Shown: in pieces, positions 41,201 through 54,100 of the stretch
How the letters are laid out: each line of letters opens with the position of its first letter
Numbering within the stretch: position 1 is the first letter of the stretch
NCBI RefSeq assembly: GCF_000002865.3
Contig: NW_001865056.1
Coordinates: forward strand, 561,256 to 625,255
DNA length: 64,000 nt
Direction of reading: 5' to 3'
Source: Monosiga brevicollis MX1
Lineage: Eukaryota
Translations under genes and position numbers: made by a program
Notes under the pieces: generated by a model
What the model saw: the letters and a program-made list of their open reading frames with translations, nothing else
What the model was told of the DNA's origin: nothing
Databases searched by the model: none

Positions 41201-41303
41201 TGACCTCCTCGAGGGCCGCGACCTTGTCCTCAACAGAGGCCTTCTTGTTGTCGAGCACATCGACAATGCGCTGGCTGAGCGCAAGGGGAGCTTCGGCGGG
41301 CAT
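38289..41303 (-). CDS. eEF3: Translation elongation factor 3 (HEAT + two ABC domains with chromodomain insert), intronless CDS
   Basis: 'VIDNNDIK', 'FVQTVDDATLGLVVPLLLRG', 'LCDCKFTLAYGTKILL', 'LSGGWRMKLAL', 'AYVAQHAFHHIEEHLTKTPNEYIRWRY', 'LSGGQKVKVVL' and a Lys-rich tail. Probable 5'UTR intron 41325-41455. Confidence 0.96.
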   Translation of the reverse strand: MPAEAPLALSQRIVDVLDNKKASVEDKVAALEEVKAILEGDNLKAYEPYLVEVLLPCLIAHYDDKVSDAKKLLKKVAQTLIDNCNKYAVERVVSKLFDAMDDAQKWKVKQGACQLLGRLAKKAKKKLSHCIPEIIRVVPHLILDIKKEVGDAALEAVEKCVEVIDNNDIKNAVPHLLKAMNEVDEVPECVHTLASIKFVQTVDDATLGLVVPLLLRGFSVKKTSTKRQCSVIINNMSRLVENPKDAEPFLPTLLPALERASEEISDPEAREVADKARAQLVRIKEHAEEYRAKHPDDPSDIIKLFSDKIGAGKVEKNQVVFDYAAAAAASLNHSKKYKKDLWTSNVGGFIAAALDQAAADAAVEASLSVLEKEVKFDDDDDEDDGAEVLCDCKFTLAYGTKILLHNTDLKLKKGRRYGLLGPNDCGKTSLMRAMANHELEGFPTTLRTVFVEADILGELSHLSCLEYVFADEAIQQCGVNRDEIRAMLQKVGFTAKMCDDAVTTLSGGWRMKLALSRAMLQKAEILLMDEPTNHLDVINVAWVKEYVNNLKNVSVIAVSHDSGFLEDCMTDIIQFDGLKIRQHHGSLSAFVEKVPEAKSFFSLKESKVKFSFPNPTFLEGVKSKGKALIKMTDCAMIYPGNDTPTVSGVSVQVSLSSRVACIGRNGAGKSTVIKMLTGELPPTTGTVWSFPGLKMAYVAQHAFHHIEEHLTKTPNEYIRWRYEFGEDKEALEKDTVKLTDEELEFMAKPVNYEYEDDKGNLKREQRVIRELTGARRDNPDKKKGGYEYQLIWEKNGNREWVHGEQLEEWNWHKQLKSVDAKVEAREGMYRRALTTSAVEQHLMDVGLEAEYATHSRIGALSGGQKVKVVLGACTWNQPHILILDEPTNYLDRESLGGLVKAIEEYEGGVVIISHNDEFCSTLCPETWYVGEGRLDCKGDADWMKNAMKEKTEFEMLDEVTDALGNVTKVAQPKKKDLSRKEKKKAAKIKAAKKARGEEVSDDED

Positions 41304-42582
41304 GGTCAACGGTTGTTGGTGATCCTACGTCAAACCCATCAGGCACGTGAGCATCTGCGGTTGTGGCAAGTGTCGGACACACGCCCAGCTTCCTTCGTCG
41401 CTTGCCCCGCCAATATAGACGGGTGCAGACACGTGCTGGAACAGGGGCGACGTACCTAAGAAGCGATCCTAATTCCGACCTTTCGGAGTCCAAGAGGACA
41501 AAAAAAATTTGGGGCAGCGGGGACAGGCTACACCGGGGTGCACGCGGCTCGAGTCGATGAACCGGGGCGAGTCGTCTAAAATCCCTTTTTTTGCCTTTGG
41601 ATGGCAAGGTGGAAAATGCACCTTGGCCCCGGCAGATCGCGCGGGGAAACAAAGAGCGAGCGAGAGAGAGAGAGAGAGAGAGAGGGAACACGCGGCCACA
41701 CACACACACACGTTGTTGTGGTGATTTTAACCGCACACATGCACGCGCCGATGGTTTTTAACGTTTACGTTAAGGAAGGAGAGAGACACACACACAGCGT
41801 TGAGGAGGTTGACAAGGAAGGGGCTTAAGCTTGTGGTTGGGGGTGGGGTTTGATGGGGGGACCGCGTAAGCTGAAGGTGGAAAGGCATCCGATCACAAAA
41901 GAACAGAGAGACCAAGAGAGAGGGAGCACACCACGTGCGAGAGGGAAACAAAGGGGTGATTGCTTCGGAGGGGAATGGAGCCCATGATCATCTCAAGGAA
42001 CGCTCTTACGTGTGCGTAATTTTGGTGGTGATCATAAGGTTATAGAGGGATAAACGTCAATGCGCCACGTGATAATGGTTGAAGAAGAGAACCAGGAAGG
42101 GGCTGAACACGAAGGAGTAGCCACGTGTGTGCTTTGGAACTGCGTTTGATGGTGGGTCTCGGAGGTGCGAGTTTCGCAACTGGTACCTTTAACAACTTTT
42201 GAATAGTTCAACCCAATAAAATTCCTTTAAAATTGTAGTCCTGGTAACGACCCTAACCCCCAACACGTGAGACCACGGTTGAGACTCACCAGACTTCCAG
42301 TCTCCATGGAGACTTCAAAACTGCTTGTAACCAAATGTCAGTTTCCCGGTCCGCCGCCGTCGACAAAAAAAAATTTTTTGAGAGAGAGCTTCAGCCTGCG
42401 CGCGCGACTTTTCGAGGCGCGCCGCTGTTTTGTCGAGCTCTGGCCCCGAGTAGCCCGCCTTCACCGCAGCGAAGCACCATCTTGATCTTGATCTGGACGA
42501 GTGTGGGATTGGTCCTGGATTCATTTTTGTGGGGCCCTCTGCCTCTGGGCTGGATGAGGCGAGCTTGTGCTGCAGTTTCGCC

Positions 42583-43297
42583 ATGAGCGTGACATTTCGG
42601 CTCGATGGCCTTCACGGCGGCGAGGTCCGATCTTCCGCCTTGCCAGCACTCAAATGCTTCTATCTCTTTTTGACTGGGCTGCGTTTCTTCCATTGTTCTG
42701 GTGGATTCCACTTGCAGCGTCTTTGCCTCGACATTCATCGTGTGGGCTGCCACCTGCTGTGAATGGTACCGCTTCTTAGTCGACTGTTGATGAGGACGAC
42801 CACATGGAGCTACGGTCCACCATGAACAGCCACGCCGATCTCGGTCCGTACCCCTGCATTACACTCCCATGCCCATGGGCTGCCACTTGATCACCATCCT
42901 TGGGCAGACGCACCCCGGCACCTTACCGCTGCCACTCTTCATTCTGCCTGCTCCATCTGCCTTGACCACCCCAGACGGCCGATCGATTCATTCCAACAAT
43001 TCCAATCACTCGCATGCGCACTCACTGCGCTCGGGCGGGGCCAGCTCCCTCGGCCCTCCAGCTCCAGCCGGAATTAGTCCGGCTGGACGGGCCAACCACC
43101 GCAAAACTCGCTCTGACATCTCCACCCTCTCCCACATCTCCGGAACTAGCGGTGCCAGCCAACAGACCATTCCAGAAGGCTCCGAGGAGCTTGTGGCCTT
43201 TACCGTCCAGATCCCCTCCCATCTCATTTGTCGCATCTGCCAGCGCGTCTTTACCATGCCCGTCATCGCCCGCTGTGGGGTCTGTTGCTTGCCCCCT

Positions 43298-43331
<34 letters not shown>

Positions 43332-44631
43332 GTGCTCGCTCCATCACCGTGTCCCCATGCCGATCCACGCTCATGCAAACTCCTGGTCTGCCACGTCCCC
43401 ATAGCACACTTTTTGCCAAGACTGCATTCTCAACGCCCCAGCCGGACAGACCTGCCCCCAAGATAAACAGCCCCTTGTTCGATCGCCCGTCTATGCCAAT
43501 CGCGCCGTACGTCAAGCTCCATCACACGGTCCACCTCCTTGCGCGCGCACACACAGATGGCCGCTTTTCATATCCACACACTGCTTGGGCCCTGGCAGGT
43601 ACAAGAGCAGATCAATGATCTCAAAACCCGGTGCCCTTACGGTGTGCGACCCTCTTCCAAACCGGGCCGTGATTTCGAGGTTGATCCCACCGGCTGCCCC
43701 GCTATTGTCAAGTACTCGGAGCGTGAAGCCCACAAAAAGTCGTGTGGCTACATGTTTGTCCGGTTCGTTGGCTCCCTGCCCCGACCCCTGCCTGCGGTCT
43801 CACTGGAACCACACACACACACACATGTAACAAACAAACAAACAAACAAACACCTTGTGTAAATGTCGAGCCACACTCCCACGTGCCCGGATTGACCATG
43901 AGTCTTGCGCTGCAGACCCTGACATGCCCGTTCCCAAATCTTTCCCCAGCTGTGCCCATAGTCGACAATGCGGCGTTTTTCGCCGCAAAGATCTCGAAGC
44001 TCACTACAAAACGTGCCGTTATTCCTTATGTCCCCACCATAATCGCGGGTGTACGGTACGGCTTATTTTAGATTGCTTGGACGAGTAACCAACACCCCCC
44101 CCCTCTTCCACCTCAATTCTGTTCTAGCTGCTGTGGTGTTTTTGCTTGTTAATTTTTGGCTTTTCAATTGTTTTTCTCGCAACCCGCTCTTCTTCACAAT
44201 TCCCCTTACGCGGGCCTATGCAGTTTCGTGGCACACAAGCTGAAGTGGACGCACATTTACAGTCATGCCGGTTTGAGGCTGTCAAAGCTGTTCTGCAGCG
44301 TACAGACCAGCAGCTTGATCAAATGTCCATTACTATTGATGGGCAGCGCAAAGACCTCGACTTTTTTCGCGGTGTGCTGGCCAACATGTCCAGTCGCTTT
44401 GATACTCTTGAACAGCAGGTTCTCACCCGACTCGGTGCGTATGCCTCGGTGTCCATTGCCCAAAGACCGAGAGCTGCTGAATCAAAACTGATTTACGTCG
44501 GTCCCTCTTGTGTTCCCTCTGCACTCTAGCCGATCTCGAAGATACGGTGCAGCAAATATCTCGCGAGGTCGCCGACGCCAGCATTAATCACGAAACTGTC
44601 CATGTGCGTTTAGTTCTCGTACCCGTGAACC

Positions 44632-44669
<38 letters not shown>

Positions 44670-46645
44670 GGGGCATTCTTCTGCCCGCTTTTGCTCATAA
44701 TCCTTTCTTGCGCCCTGGCCGCTTGGTTAGAACGATCTGGCCGTCGTCCAATCTCAAATTCGCAGCATCAGTAACCGTACGCCGTCATATTTCTGCGCTG
44801 GCCTGCACAGCGCCGAGCGCCGCTTTCAGTTCTCAGTCGTACTTTTTACTTGGCCGTCTTTGTCCCTCAGATGTCGGCCTCTCGGGCATGCTGCAGCAGT
44901 TCAAGTGCCAGGGCACGTTTGTTGGCCACTCGGTACGAGCCAGATTATATATGTGTTTCATGTCTTTTTGTGACCCATTCCACCGTCTTGCAACGGACAA
45001 CCTGATCTTACACCTGCCCACAACCCATTAGGGGCATGTGTGGGCTCTGGTGGCCACTAACGACCGCCTCATTTCAGCATCAGCCGACGAAACCATTCGC
45101 GTACGTCCACGCCCATGTGTACGCGTCTTCTCGCGGTCTGATTGCACAGCTTACCTTTTTTTTTTTTCTTTTGCCAACCGCTAGGTCTGGGACATTGGAT
45201 CCAGCTTTGCTTGCACCCGTACCATCAACGCGCACCGCTCCATTATCCACTGCCTGCTGCTCGTCAACAATCAACTATACAGCGGGTCCAGCGATCGCCT
45301 GATCAAGGTGTGGCAGTGCATTTCAAAGTTGCGAATCAAGCTTCCTTCTTTTACTACAGAACATTTTTTTTTCTCTCTCTTCTATAGCGACGTGCAATGC
45401 TCACTTTGACGTACGGTTGATGGACTATGCAGGTGTGGAGCTTGGAGACATTTGAGGAAATTGATACCCTGATTGGTCATGATAACGTCGTCTGCGCCTT
45501 GGCAGCCTCGCGCACCATGCTCTTCTCTGGCTCGCATCAATGCGTCAACGTGCGTGGAAAAATTGTCCCCTTGACCCGTTGCCAAGAATTGTCCGTCGTG
45601 TCTTATTAGCTGTGCAATCAACCATCTTAGGTGTGGAGCTTGGATAGTCATCAACTGCTCGGCCAGATTGGGGATCTCTCGCATTGGACACGCGCGCTGG
45701 TGGCCAGCCATGACCTCCTCTTTGTTGGCAACTCCTCCATGATCAAAGTCTGGACCATTGGCTCGCTCAAATTTGCTGAGGAAGACCCCGAACCCAGCCC
45801 GATTCGGACCCTGGTTCTGCAAAACCCCATGGGCACCAAGGTTTGTCCAGCACACCTTCTCCTTTCTTTTTTTTTTTTTTTTTCTTTTTTTTGATTGCGG
45901 CATTGCCCTTGCGATACATCTCATACGCCGCTCCAATCCCTTCTTCTTCCCACCCAGGAACCGCGGGCCATATATTCCATGTGCTTGACGCCACAGCATT
46001 TGATTGGTGGAACCTCGGACGGCATGCTCCATATCTGGGACCGAGACACTTTGGCATATAAGCAGGCACTTTCCGGTGTGTCTGACTCGGCCTGGCGGTC
46101 TTGGCTCTGTGCCTATTCTGGTGCTCGGAGGATCAATGCCGCTGCCCTGCCCTCATTTTCGTCTGATATTGTGGCCGTAGGACATACGGCAATTGTGTAC
46201 AGCATTGATTTCATGCCTGGTGAACCTCATGGCAAACTCTTTTCCGCCTCGCTCGACCGCACCGTTCGGGTAGGTCCTGGGCGCTTTTAAAATTCACAGC
46301 ATAGTCTGTCGACGCCTAGGAGTGTATTGTTGGCTCACATATCACTTGAATTTGGGGCACTTGGATACTTGGCGTTAGGTTTGGAGCATGGAGACCTTTG
46401 CCGTGCTTCAGATCTTGCATCGGCACGACGACTTTGTGGCCTGTGTGCGCGTGCATCACAACCGTGTGCTGACAGCGTCGGGTGATTCCTCCATCAAGGT
46501 CAGGGGAGAAGTATTCGTTTTCTCAATTACGTTGTCCAAACAACCGTACAGCCTCAGCCCTGCGCAAAGAGGCATGCTGGTCGCTAGCCTGCCCCTTGAC
46601 TTACGGATCGCCACATCCTTCCAAATTGCACAGCTGTGGGAGTAG
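42583..46645 (+). CDS. TRAF7: TRAF7-like E3 ligase (RING, TRAF Zn finger, coiled coil, WD40), multi-exon
   Basis: RING 'LICRICQRVF..PVIARCG|HTFCQDC..CPQD'; 'EQINDLKTRCPYG..FEVDPTGCP'; 'QQFKCQGTFVGH'; several WD40 exons ending 'LWE*'. Confidence 0.9.
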
Positions 46646-46697
46646 GGCGAGAGACGGGGGGCAAGGGGGAGGGCTGTGGATAGAGCAGGCCTTGATC

Positions 46698-48289
46698 CTA
46701 AATGGCGCGTGACCGCCACTGCAGCTCCTCATCCCAGTCTTCGTCGTCGTCGTCGTCATCGCCATCGTCATCACTGCCATCTGCTTTGGCTGCAGCCTTG
46801 GCAGCCGCCGTCTACGATTCGAGAGAAAAACAGTGGACGCCGCGTGAGTGATGTACATGGATCCTGGACCGCTGAGCGGTCAGTTTTGGGAATAGAAGGG
46901 AGGCATGTAGACAGGCTGTGGCACAGCATGGGCTTGGAGAGCATGCTACGCACGGCGACGGCTTTTGTTTGTGCCTGCTCCTTGAGTTCGCGGAGCTTGT
47001 CCACTCGCTTGTCTAGTTGTCTGCGTAACGTTATTAAAGGTTGTAACGATGATGTAAACGTGTAGTAAACGAAACGCATTCGTGAGAGCTAAGCACCGTC
47101 CTCAGAGAGGCGACGCCTCTACATTATAATCGAAACGGAAAAGAAAAGGGTTGCGATGACGTTGGCGTGCTCGATGTCTGTGGCACTAACTTTTGCTCCT
47201 CGAGCTCGAAGAGTGTGCGCTGAATTGTGGTTTGATTGGTGTCGGCCTCGATGATGGCCTCGGTAGTCTTAAGGAAGCACGCGGGTCAAAGAAGATGAGA
47301 CGATGGGGCAGGACACTTGGGTGCAAGCATTGAAGAAGCATGGTCATACCTCAGCTTCTTTTTCAATTTCCTTTTCAAATTCGGCCCATTCCGCGGCCTT
47401 GGTCTCGTGCGGCAGAGGGGCCTTCCGAACCTATCCCGGCGCAAGCACCCAATCACCCACTGTCAGACCAAGTGGAAGCAAACGCGTGCCTGAGTGGAGG
47501 CCTGGACCTGCATTCGCCGACCTTGGCATCTTGAACGGAATCGTCGAAAAAGCCGGCCGGCACGCTACCCTTCTCTGCTCTAGAAGAGGGCAAGAGATGG
47601 GACAGGCAAAATGGGGTGGCATAGTCAGAAGAGAAGCCAAGTTAACGGCCGAGAAGCGAGGAGACTAGAAATGTGCGCCTACGTGGAGCCTTTGTTTGGA
47701 GCGGCGTCACCTAGGACAAACACCAGTGTGAGTGAAGCCGGTGATGCACGAAAGAGATGAGCCAGCACGGAGGACGAGACCGTACGTGCTTGCCGCGACG
47801 ACGCCGCGGGCTCTTGTTTGCTTGCAGAATCTTTGCTTGCGGCAGTTGTTAGGGGTCGTTTGTACTTTTCAACCTTGGCCAATCGAGCTCGCTTGGCTGC
47901 GAATAGCGACCAAGGATACAATTCCGAGCGAGGATGAGCTGAGGGCCGAAAGTCACTGGTGCTGGGACACGGCACAGAGTGGCGGGCTCACCGTCAGATA
48001 TACGGCCCGTGGCGGGCTGTTGGGCTGGCTGGCTGTGATCGCGACCCTCTGGCGGCGCTACATATCGCACAGACGGGCGGCTGGCCTCTGCCTGCGCTTG
48101 CACGGCGCGAGCGGCAGCATCCCGGCGCTGTTTCTCGGCGAGCTTCCGCTGTAGGGCAGCATCCTGCTGCGCATCAGCGCGCGCTTGTTTCTGAAGCTTG
48201 GCACGCTTGGCCGCTTTGAGTGCCTCCAACGATTTACTTTGCGAACTGGCCAGCTTCTGCCGAAACAGTGCCTTGACATCGTCCGACAT
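46698..48289 (-). CDS. ZNF830/CCDC16-like splicing-associated protein, multi-exon
   Basis: 'VPAGFFDDSVQDAK', 'EWAEFEKEI', 'TEAIIEAD..ELEEQ', 'KRVDKLRE' and an acidic tail ending 'LQWRSRAI*' parallel the ZNF830 C-terminal domain. Confidence 0.75.
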
Positions 48290-49038
48290 GGTGACCCTGT
48301 CAACGACTGCTATGACAACAATTAATTCGCTGAAGCGCTCTTCAAGCGCGCGCCTCCAGCACCAATAGCCCAAAGGAAAAAAAAAAAATCGATCGCCAAC
48401 GATCCCTTCAACCAGCCCTCTACGGAAGTGTAGTTTATATCACACTCTTGTGCTGTATAGCATCCGTGACACATTATCACACTTTTGTGGTTTTGCAGGT
48501 ATGCACCGTTTTTGCATGTTTGCTCTCTCTCGTTCTCTCTCTCTCTCTCTCTCTCTTTTTCAAAGGAAATGTCATTTGGTAATGGGATGTGAACCTCTCC
48601 TTCAGAGAGAAAGGGTAAAGAGGGGCAGATTTGGTAACGGGTGGTGGTGGGTGGCGGTCATGGGCTGCAGGGCGCACAGGACAGGCTGGGGGATGGAGGC
48701 GGGGAACAGTTGAGACAGGAGCTTGATGAGGGTGGGGGACGGTGCACCAATGGATCGAGGCTTCCTCGCGCACCATGCCAGTCAAATTAAACACAAAAGT
48801 CCACCATAGAGACAAACCCAAAAAAAAAAAAAAAAAACTTGGTCATAGGGGGCGGGCGATGTTGAATGGGCAGCCCACTGGCCCGAAGGGATGGGATGTG
48901 ACCCCTCTATCAGCGCAGATCCCCGGACCTGATGAGATTCATTCCTACTCGCCATCAGCCAAGCTCTTCCATCGCGTTTTCCGTCTCCCTGTGCCGTTGT
49001 AGACTGCACTGCCAAACTCACCACAAACATACACGTAC

Positions 49039-49078
<40 letters not shown>

Positions 49079-49614
49079 GTATTTGGGTGTTCAGTGAACC
49101 AGCCGCATCAAAAGTCTTGGCTGTGTGTGGTCTCTCTGCCTTGGTGTTCTTTGTGCCGGGATTGACCGACTGGCTGGACTGGTCGGTCCCAGTCTTGTTT
49201 GGTCTCTGGTGGCCTGACCCCAGGCACAACAGGGACTGCCTCTGGCTGTGCCGATGAACAGTGGACCCTTTTGGTCGACAAACTCACTGTGGTCCCTTCG
49301 TCGAGCCCTCAACCGGTAGGTAGCAGCCCAAACGGCTGTTAGGCAGATACACCCAGACCTGTCGCAGTCTCGCTCCATGGCGTTACCCCTCGCCTTTCAT
49401 CTGTCTGACCTTTGCCTCCCTCTGGTTCTACCCCCGCTGCCGCCGCTACTCGCCCTTTCTCTCGCTCTCTCAAACTCTCTCACACACACACACACACTCG
49501 TTCTCCTTCCCTTCCCATGCCTCTCTCACTCGGCGCGTTGCTACTCGCCCATCTGTCTTCTTCTATGTCCCACGCCGTGTGCATGCCATAGCTCTTCGTG
49601 CCTGCACCAGCATC

Positions 49615-51055
49615 ATGAGTGGCGTTATCGAGGCCGCTTTCCAGGAAAGCGCCGATGACCTGGCCTCCCTGACCCGTCTCGATGAGCAAATTTTGCTTGA
49701 TCAGCTTCACCAGCGCTACGATCAAGATCAAATTTACGTTCGTCCCCTAGCCTTGCTCGCTGGCCCGCCTTGAGCACACCTGCTTTGGCTCGTGTCAATT
49801 TGCTGACCCCGACCTCCTCTTGTGGCTGCAGACATACATCGGTGACATCTTGGTCGCCATCAACCCCTTCCGTCCCCTGTCCATCTACTCGCGCGAGGTG
49901 CATTGAGTGTTTTTCCTCGCCCGCTGCTCCCTGACCCATCGTCCTCCAGTCGCTTATCCACCCGGTGTGCTTCTAGTGGCAACTCAAGTATCGAAATGCC
50001 ATCAAATCCGATCATCCGCCACATATATTCGCCATTGCTGATTGGTGCTTCCATAGCATGGTCGACAACCAGACCAACCAATGCTGCGTCGTTAGGTCTG
50101 CATTCTCTTTCCTGTACCTGTGCTGTGGGCTTGAGAGACGGCTTGGCGCTTGTCCCTGCGCTTGACCCCGCGCTGGCCTCACCATGCCAACCCTTGCTTT
50201 GCTTTGACACCTCGGCATAGCGGCGAGTCGGGTGCTGGTAAGACAGAGTCTTCCAAGCTCATCATCCGACACATCGTCGACCTCAGCTCGAGCATCGGTA
50301 AAGGAACAGAGCGCGGGAGCCTTGAACGCAAGATCCTCCAGGTATCGTTTTTGTCATCCAGCCTGCTGAAATGCGCATTTGCTAACCCTACAGACAAGCT
50401 CCCGGCTGCTCACCCCGGCCTGATTCGCCAAAGGTCAACCCGCTCCTTGAAGCCTGTGGCAATGCCCAAACCATCATGAACGATAACAGCTCCCGCTTCG
50501 GCAAATACACTGAACTCGTCTTCGATGCCAAGGGTCAAGGTATGCGCATCCTGACCTGTCCTCAATTCAAGCCTTTCGCCCCATAGTCAGGTCCTCGCCC
50601 GTCGTCAACCCAATCACACTCTCGTTCTTTAGTACTTGGAGCCAAGATCTCCGAATATTTACTCGAAAAGTCCCGCGTCGTACGTCAGCAACCCGACGAG
50701 CAAAACTTCCACATGCTCTACTACGTCTTCCATGCCCCTGACGCCGCTGTCATGGGGCTGGATGACCCCAACAACTTCCCCTTTCTGTCCAACATCGGTG
50801 CCGTTGATTGTGACGAGCAAGCCATGTTCAAGGAAGTTGTCGCGGCCCTCTATGACATTGGCTTCAACAAAGATGAGCAAGATGCTATTTTCAAGCTTTT
50901 GGCAGCCATTCTGCATTTTGGCAACGTTGAATTCTCTTCCGAGGTTGGTGCCTCGCGGGTGCCTTGCAACCATTTTTGTGCGCATTTTCCTTTTCCAATC
51001 AGAGCTGCAATCCTTGCATTCTAAGGAACAACTTCTTCCCTTTTTTTCCTCCTCT

Positions 51056-51148
<93 letters not shown>

Positions 51149-54100
51149 GCCCCCACTTCCTCTCGTTTCTTTGCCTTTACAATGCACAGGGTGACAGCGA
51201 TGCGGCCGAGGTTGACGATGACTCAAAGGACTCCCTGCTGAAAATTGCCGAGCTCCTTGGTGTGGACGTTGTCCTTTTACAGGATGCCCTCCAGACGCAG
51301 GTCAACATTACCCGGGGTGAAACCATTCGCAAACAGCTCGACATCCCTGCGGCCTACGGTGTGTTTTGCAGCGAACAAAGCGCCCTTGACAATTGCTCGC
51401 GACTGCTTACCCAGCTGCTGCCTTCTCTGCCTGCATCTTTGACGATCACAGACGTGCGCGATGCGGCAGCCAAAGCCATCTACGGACGTCTCTTCTCGTG
51501 GCTGATCAGCCAAATCAATGAGCTCCTTGCCCCCTCTGCCCAACGCCATGCCATCAAGAACAGCATTGGTATTCTTGGTAAGCTAGAATTTCTTTTCACT
51601 TTTCCGCTCGTGGCACCTGCTGCTTCCGATGACCAACCTGGTGCTTGTCGGGTGGCCCTTTGCTTAGATATTTTTGGGTTTGAAAACTTTGAAGCCAACA
51701 GCTTTGAACAGTGGTGCATCAAGTACGTACTAGTACCTCCGTTTCTCTCAAGGCACACCAGCTTATGCAAAAAAAAAAAGCTTGACTTTGGGGCTGACAG
51801 CTTCAGCCCGGTGCTCATGCCTGTGTGCTTGTACGGTGCGTACTTCTCGCTAGCCTTGCCAACGAACAACTGCAGCACTTTTTCAATCAATACGTCTTTG
51901 AGCTTGAACTTGAAGAGTACCGCAAGGAAGGCATCGACACCATGCACATCAGCTACGTTGACAACAAGTGAGTGCTGGACTTGGCGTCTTGTGCAGCCGC
52001 TGCTTGATTTGCTCAAACTGCTGTCCTTCGTCAGGCCGCTACTGGACATGCACCTGGAACGGCCCATGGGCCTCTTTCCCTTGCTTGATGAGGAATCGCT
52101 CTTCCCCAACGGCTCAGATGACTCGTTGGGTCAGTTTGTGCTCCGGCTCGACAAAACGCACAGCATCGCACGTACATGTACACCCTTTGAGCCGCTCACC
52201 TTGGCTGCAACAACGTGTGGGGCCACACCGCAGTGCGCAAGTTTGTCCAAAACCACAAGGACAATGACCGCTTTGTGCCAGCCCGCAATGATGATGCCGT
52301 CTTCACCATCAAACATTATGCCGGTGACGTCGAGTATCTGGGCTTGGGCTTTTTGGAGAAAAACCGCGACTCGTGCGTCTAAGAAGCTGCATCCTGGGTT
52401 TGAATGGCCTCGCTCCCTCGCCTTTCAGATTGTGCTCACACTTAAACGTGCATGCTACCTGTATAGCCTATCGGCCGATGTGGTTCATGTGCTGCGCAGC
52501 TCCAGCGAGCAGCTTCTCGCCACACTCTTTTTGGGTCCGTCACATGAGCCCCGGCCATGTCTTTCGTTTGCTGCCGATCGTATTTCTCACTTCTCTTTGT
52601 CCCCGGTACGACAGCTGAAGCGGACGCCCATCGCGACACTGCTCGATCTGGAGCAAATGGCATTGCGGTGAGGTGCCCCCACACGCACACGCGCACACAC
52701 ACACACACACACACAAGCATGGTCGCTGATTGGCTGCGATGTCTTTGATATTGGTTAGACTTCGCAAAACACGGCACATCGTCGTGCAGCCTCCGTGGGT
52801 CGCCAGTTCACCCAGTCTCTCCAGCTTTTGGTCGAAAAGATGGGCCAGTGTCGTCCACATTTTGTTCGGTAAGCGTTTGAGCGTTCGCGTTTGTGTGCTT
52901 TTTTTTATTTTTTGTTTGTTTGACTTGTTCCTCCCTCTTGTTCTTCTCTTCTTATTTCTGCCTGAGCGATGGTGGTGCCGTCAACACCTTATCGCGCCTT
53001 CTGTGCTCGACTGCGCAACGTCATAGTTGCATCAAGCCAAACACAGGCAAGGCGCCCAACTTTTTCCAAGATGATTTTGTCATGACTCAGCTCAACTACA
53101 CGGGTATGGCTGCGCCCTTGACCAGCCACCGACACTTGTCTCGCGCCCTTGTTCAAGCCTGAGTCTGAACCTCAACGTGCGATGTCAACTTGTGACATTG
53201 TCTATCCTGCTTGCACTTGCTTGCTCTTAGGCATGTTGGAGACAACACGCATCCGTCGCGAGGGCTACTCGGTGCGTCCAAAGTTTGAGGACTTTTGCCG
53301 CCGTTACCATCTTCTCGGTTATCGTATTGGTACCCAGGCGTCAGCGGACGCCGCGGCTTGCCGTCACATCTTGGAGCAGAGTGGCGTAACTGGCTGGATG
53401 ATTGGGTACGCCCACTCGCTCGCAGCGCTAGCATCTTGCCGAAAAGGCAGCATGTATGACACAGTCAACGGACGGCGGTTCTGATTTGCCCTCTCTGCGT
53501 TCTTGATAGCCAAAACAAGGTGTTCCTCAAGTTTTTCCACGTCGATGAGCTGGATGCAGCCTTGATTGAGCACCATCGAAAGGCTATCGTGCTTCAAAAA
53601 TGTGCGTTGCTGCCTCAAATAAAAGTGTTAGGCTTTGCGGTTCTTTTCAAGCAACACCTCCCCCCACCCCACTTTCTTCTCCTATTTCTTCCTCCTCTTT
53701 CGCATGCTTCTTTTCGTTTTAAGGGTCTGACCTGTCCATTCTGGCTTAGGTTTGCGTGGTTTCGCTGGCCGCGCTCAGCATCGGGCGATCATCGAGCGCG
53801 GCAAGAAGCAGAAGGAGGAAGCTCAAAAGTTTCTGGGCCGTGGAAAAGATCTCAATGAGCGCTACGCCACACTTTTGCACTCGCTGACCGAGTTTGACCT
53901 GAAAATGAAGCACGGTGCGCATGCAGGCCTGACGATCTTTTTTCTTTTTTCTTTTTTTTTTTTTTTTTCTCAACCGACCTCGTTCCTCATTCCGTCACAT
54001 GCTTGACCTGATTGCTGCTCCGATATCTCTTGCTCTCCGTGATGCTCTTGGATAGACCGTGCAATGCAGGAGGAACAGGAACGCCGACGCCAAGCAGCTG

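Noticed and set aside
42251..42260. CCCTAACCCC telomere-like motif
   Set aside because: Single copy, no array.
51262..52671. 469-aa ORF as a standalone protein
   Set aside because: Chance read-through of several myosin exons and introns in mixed frames.
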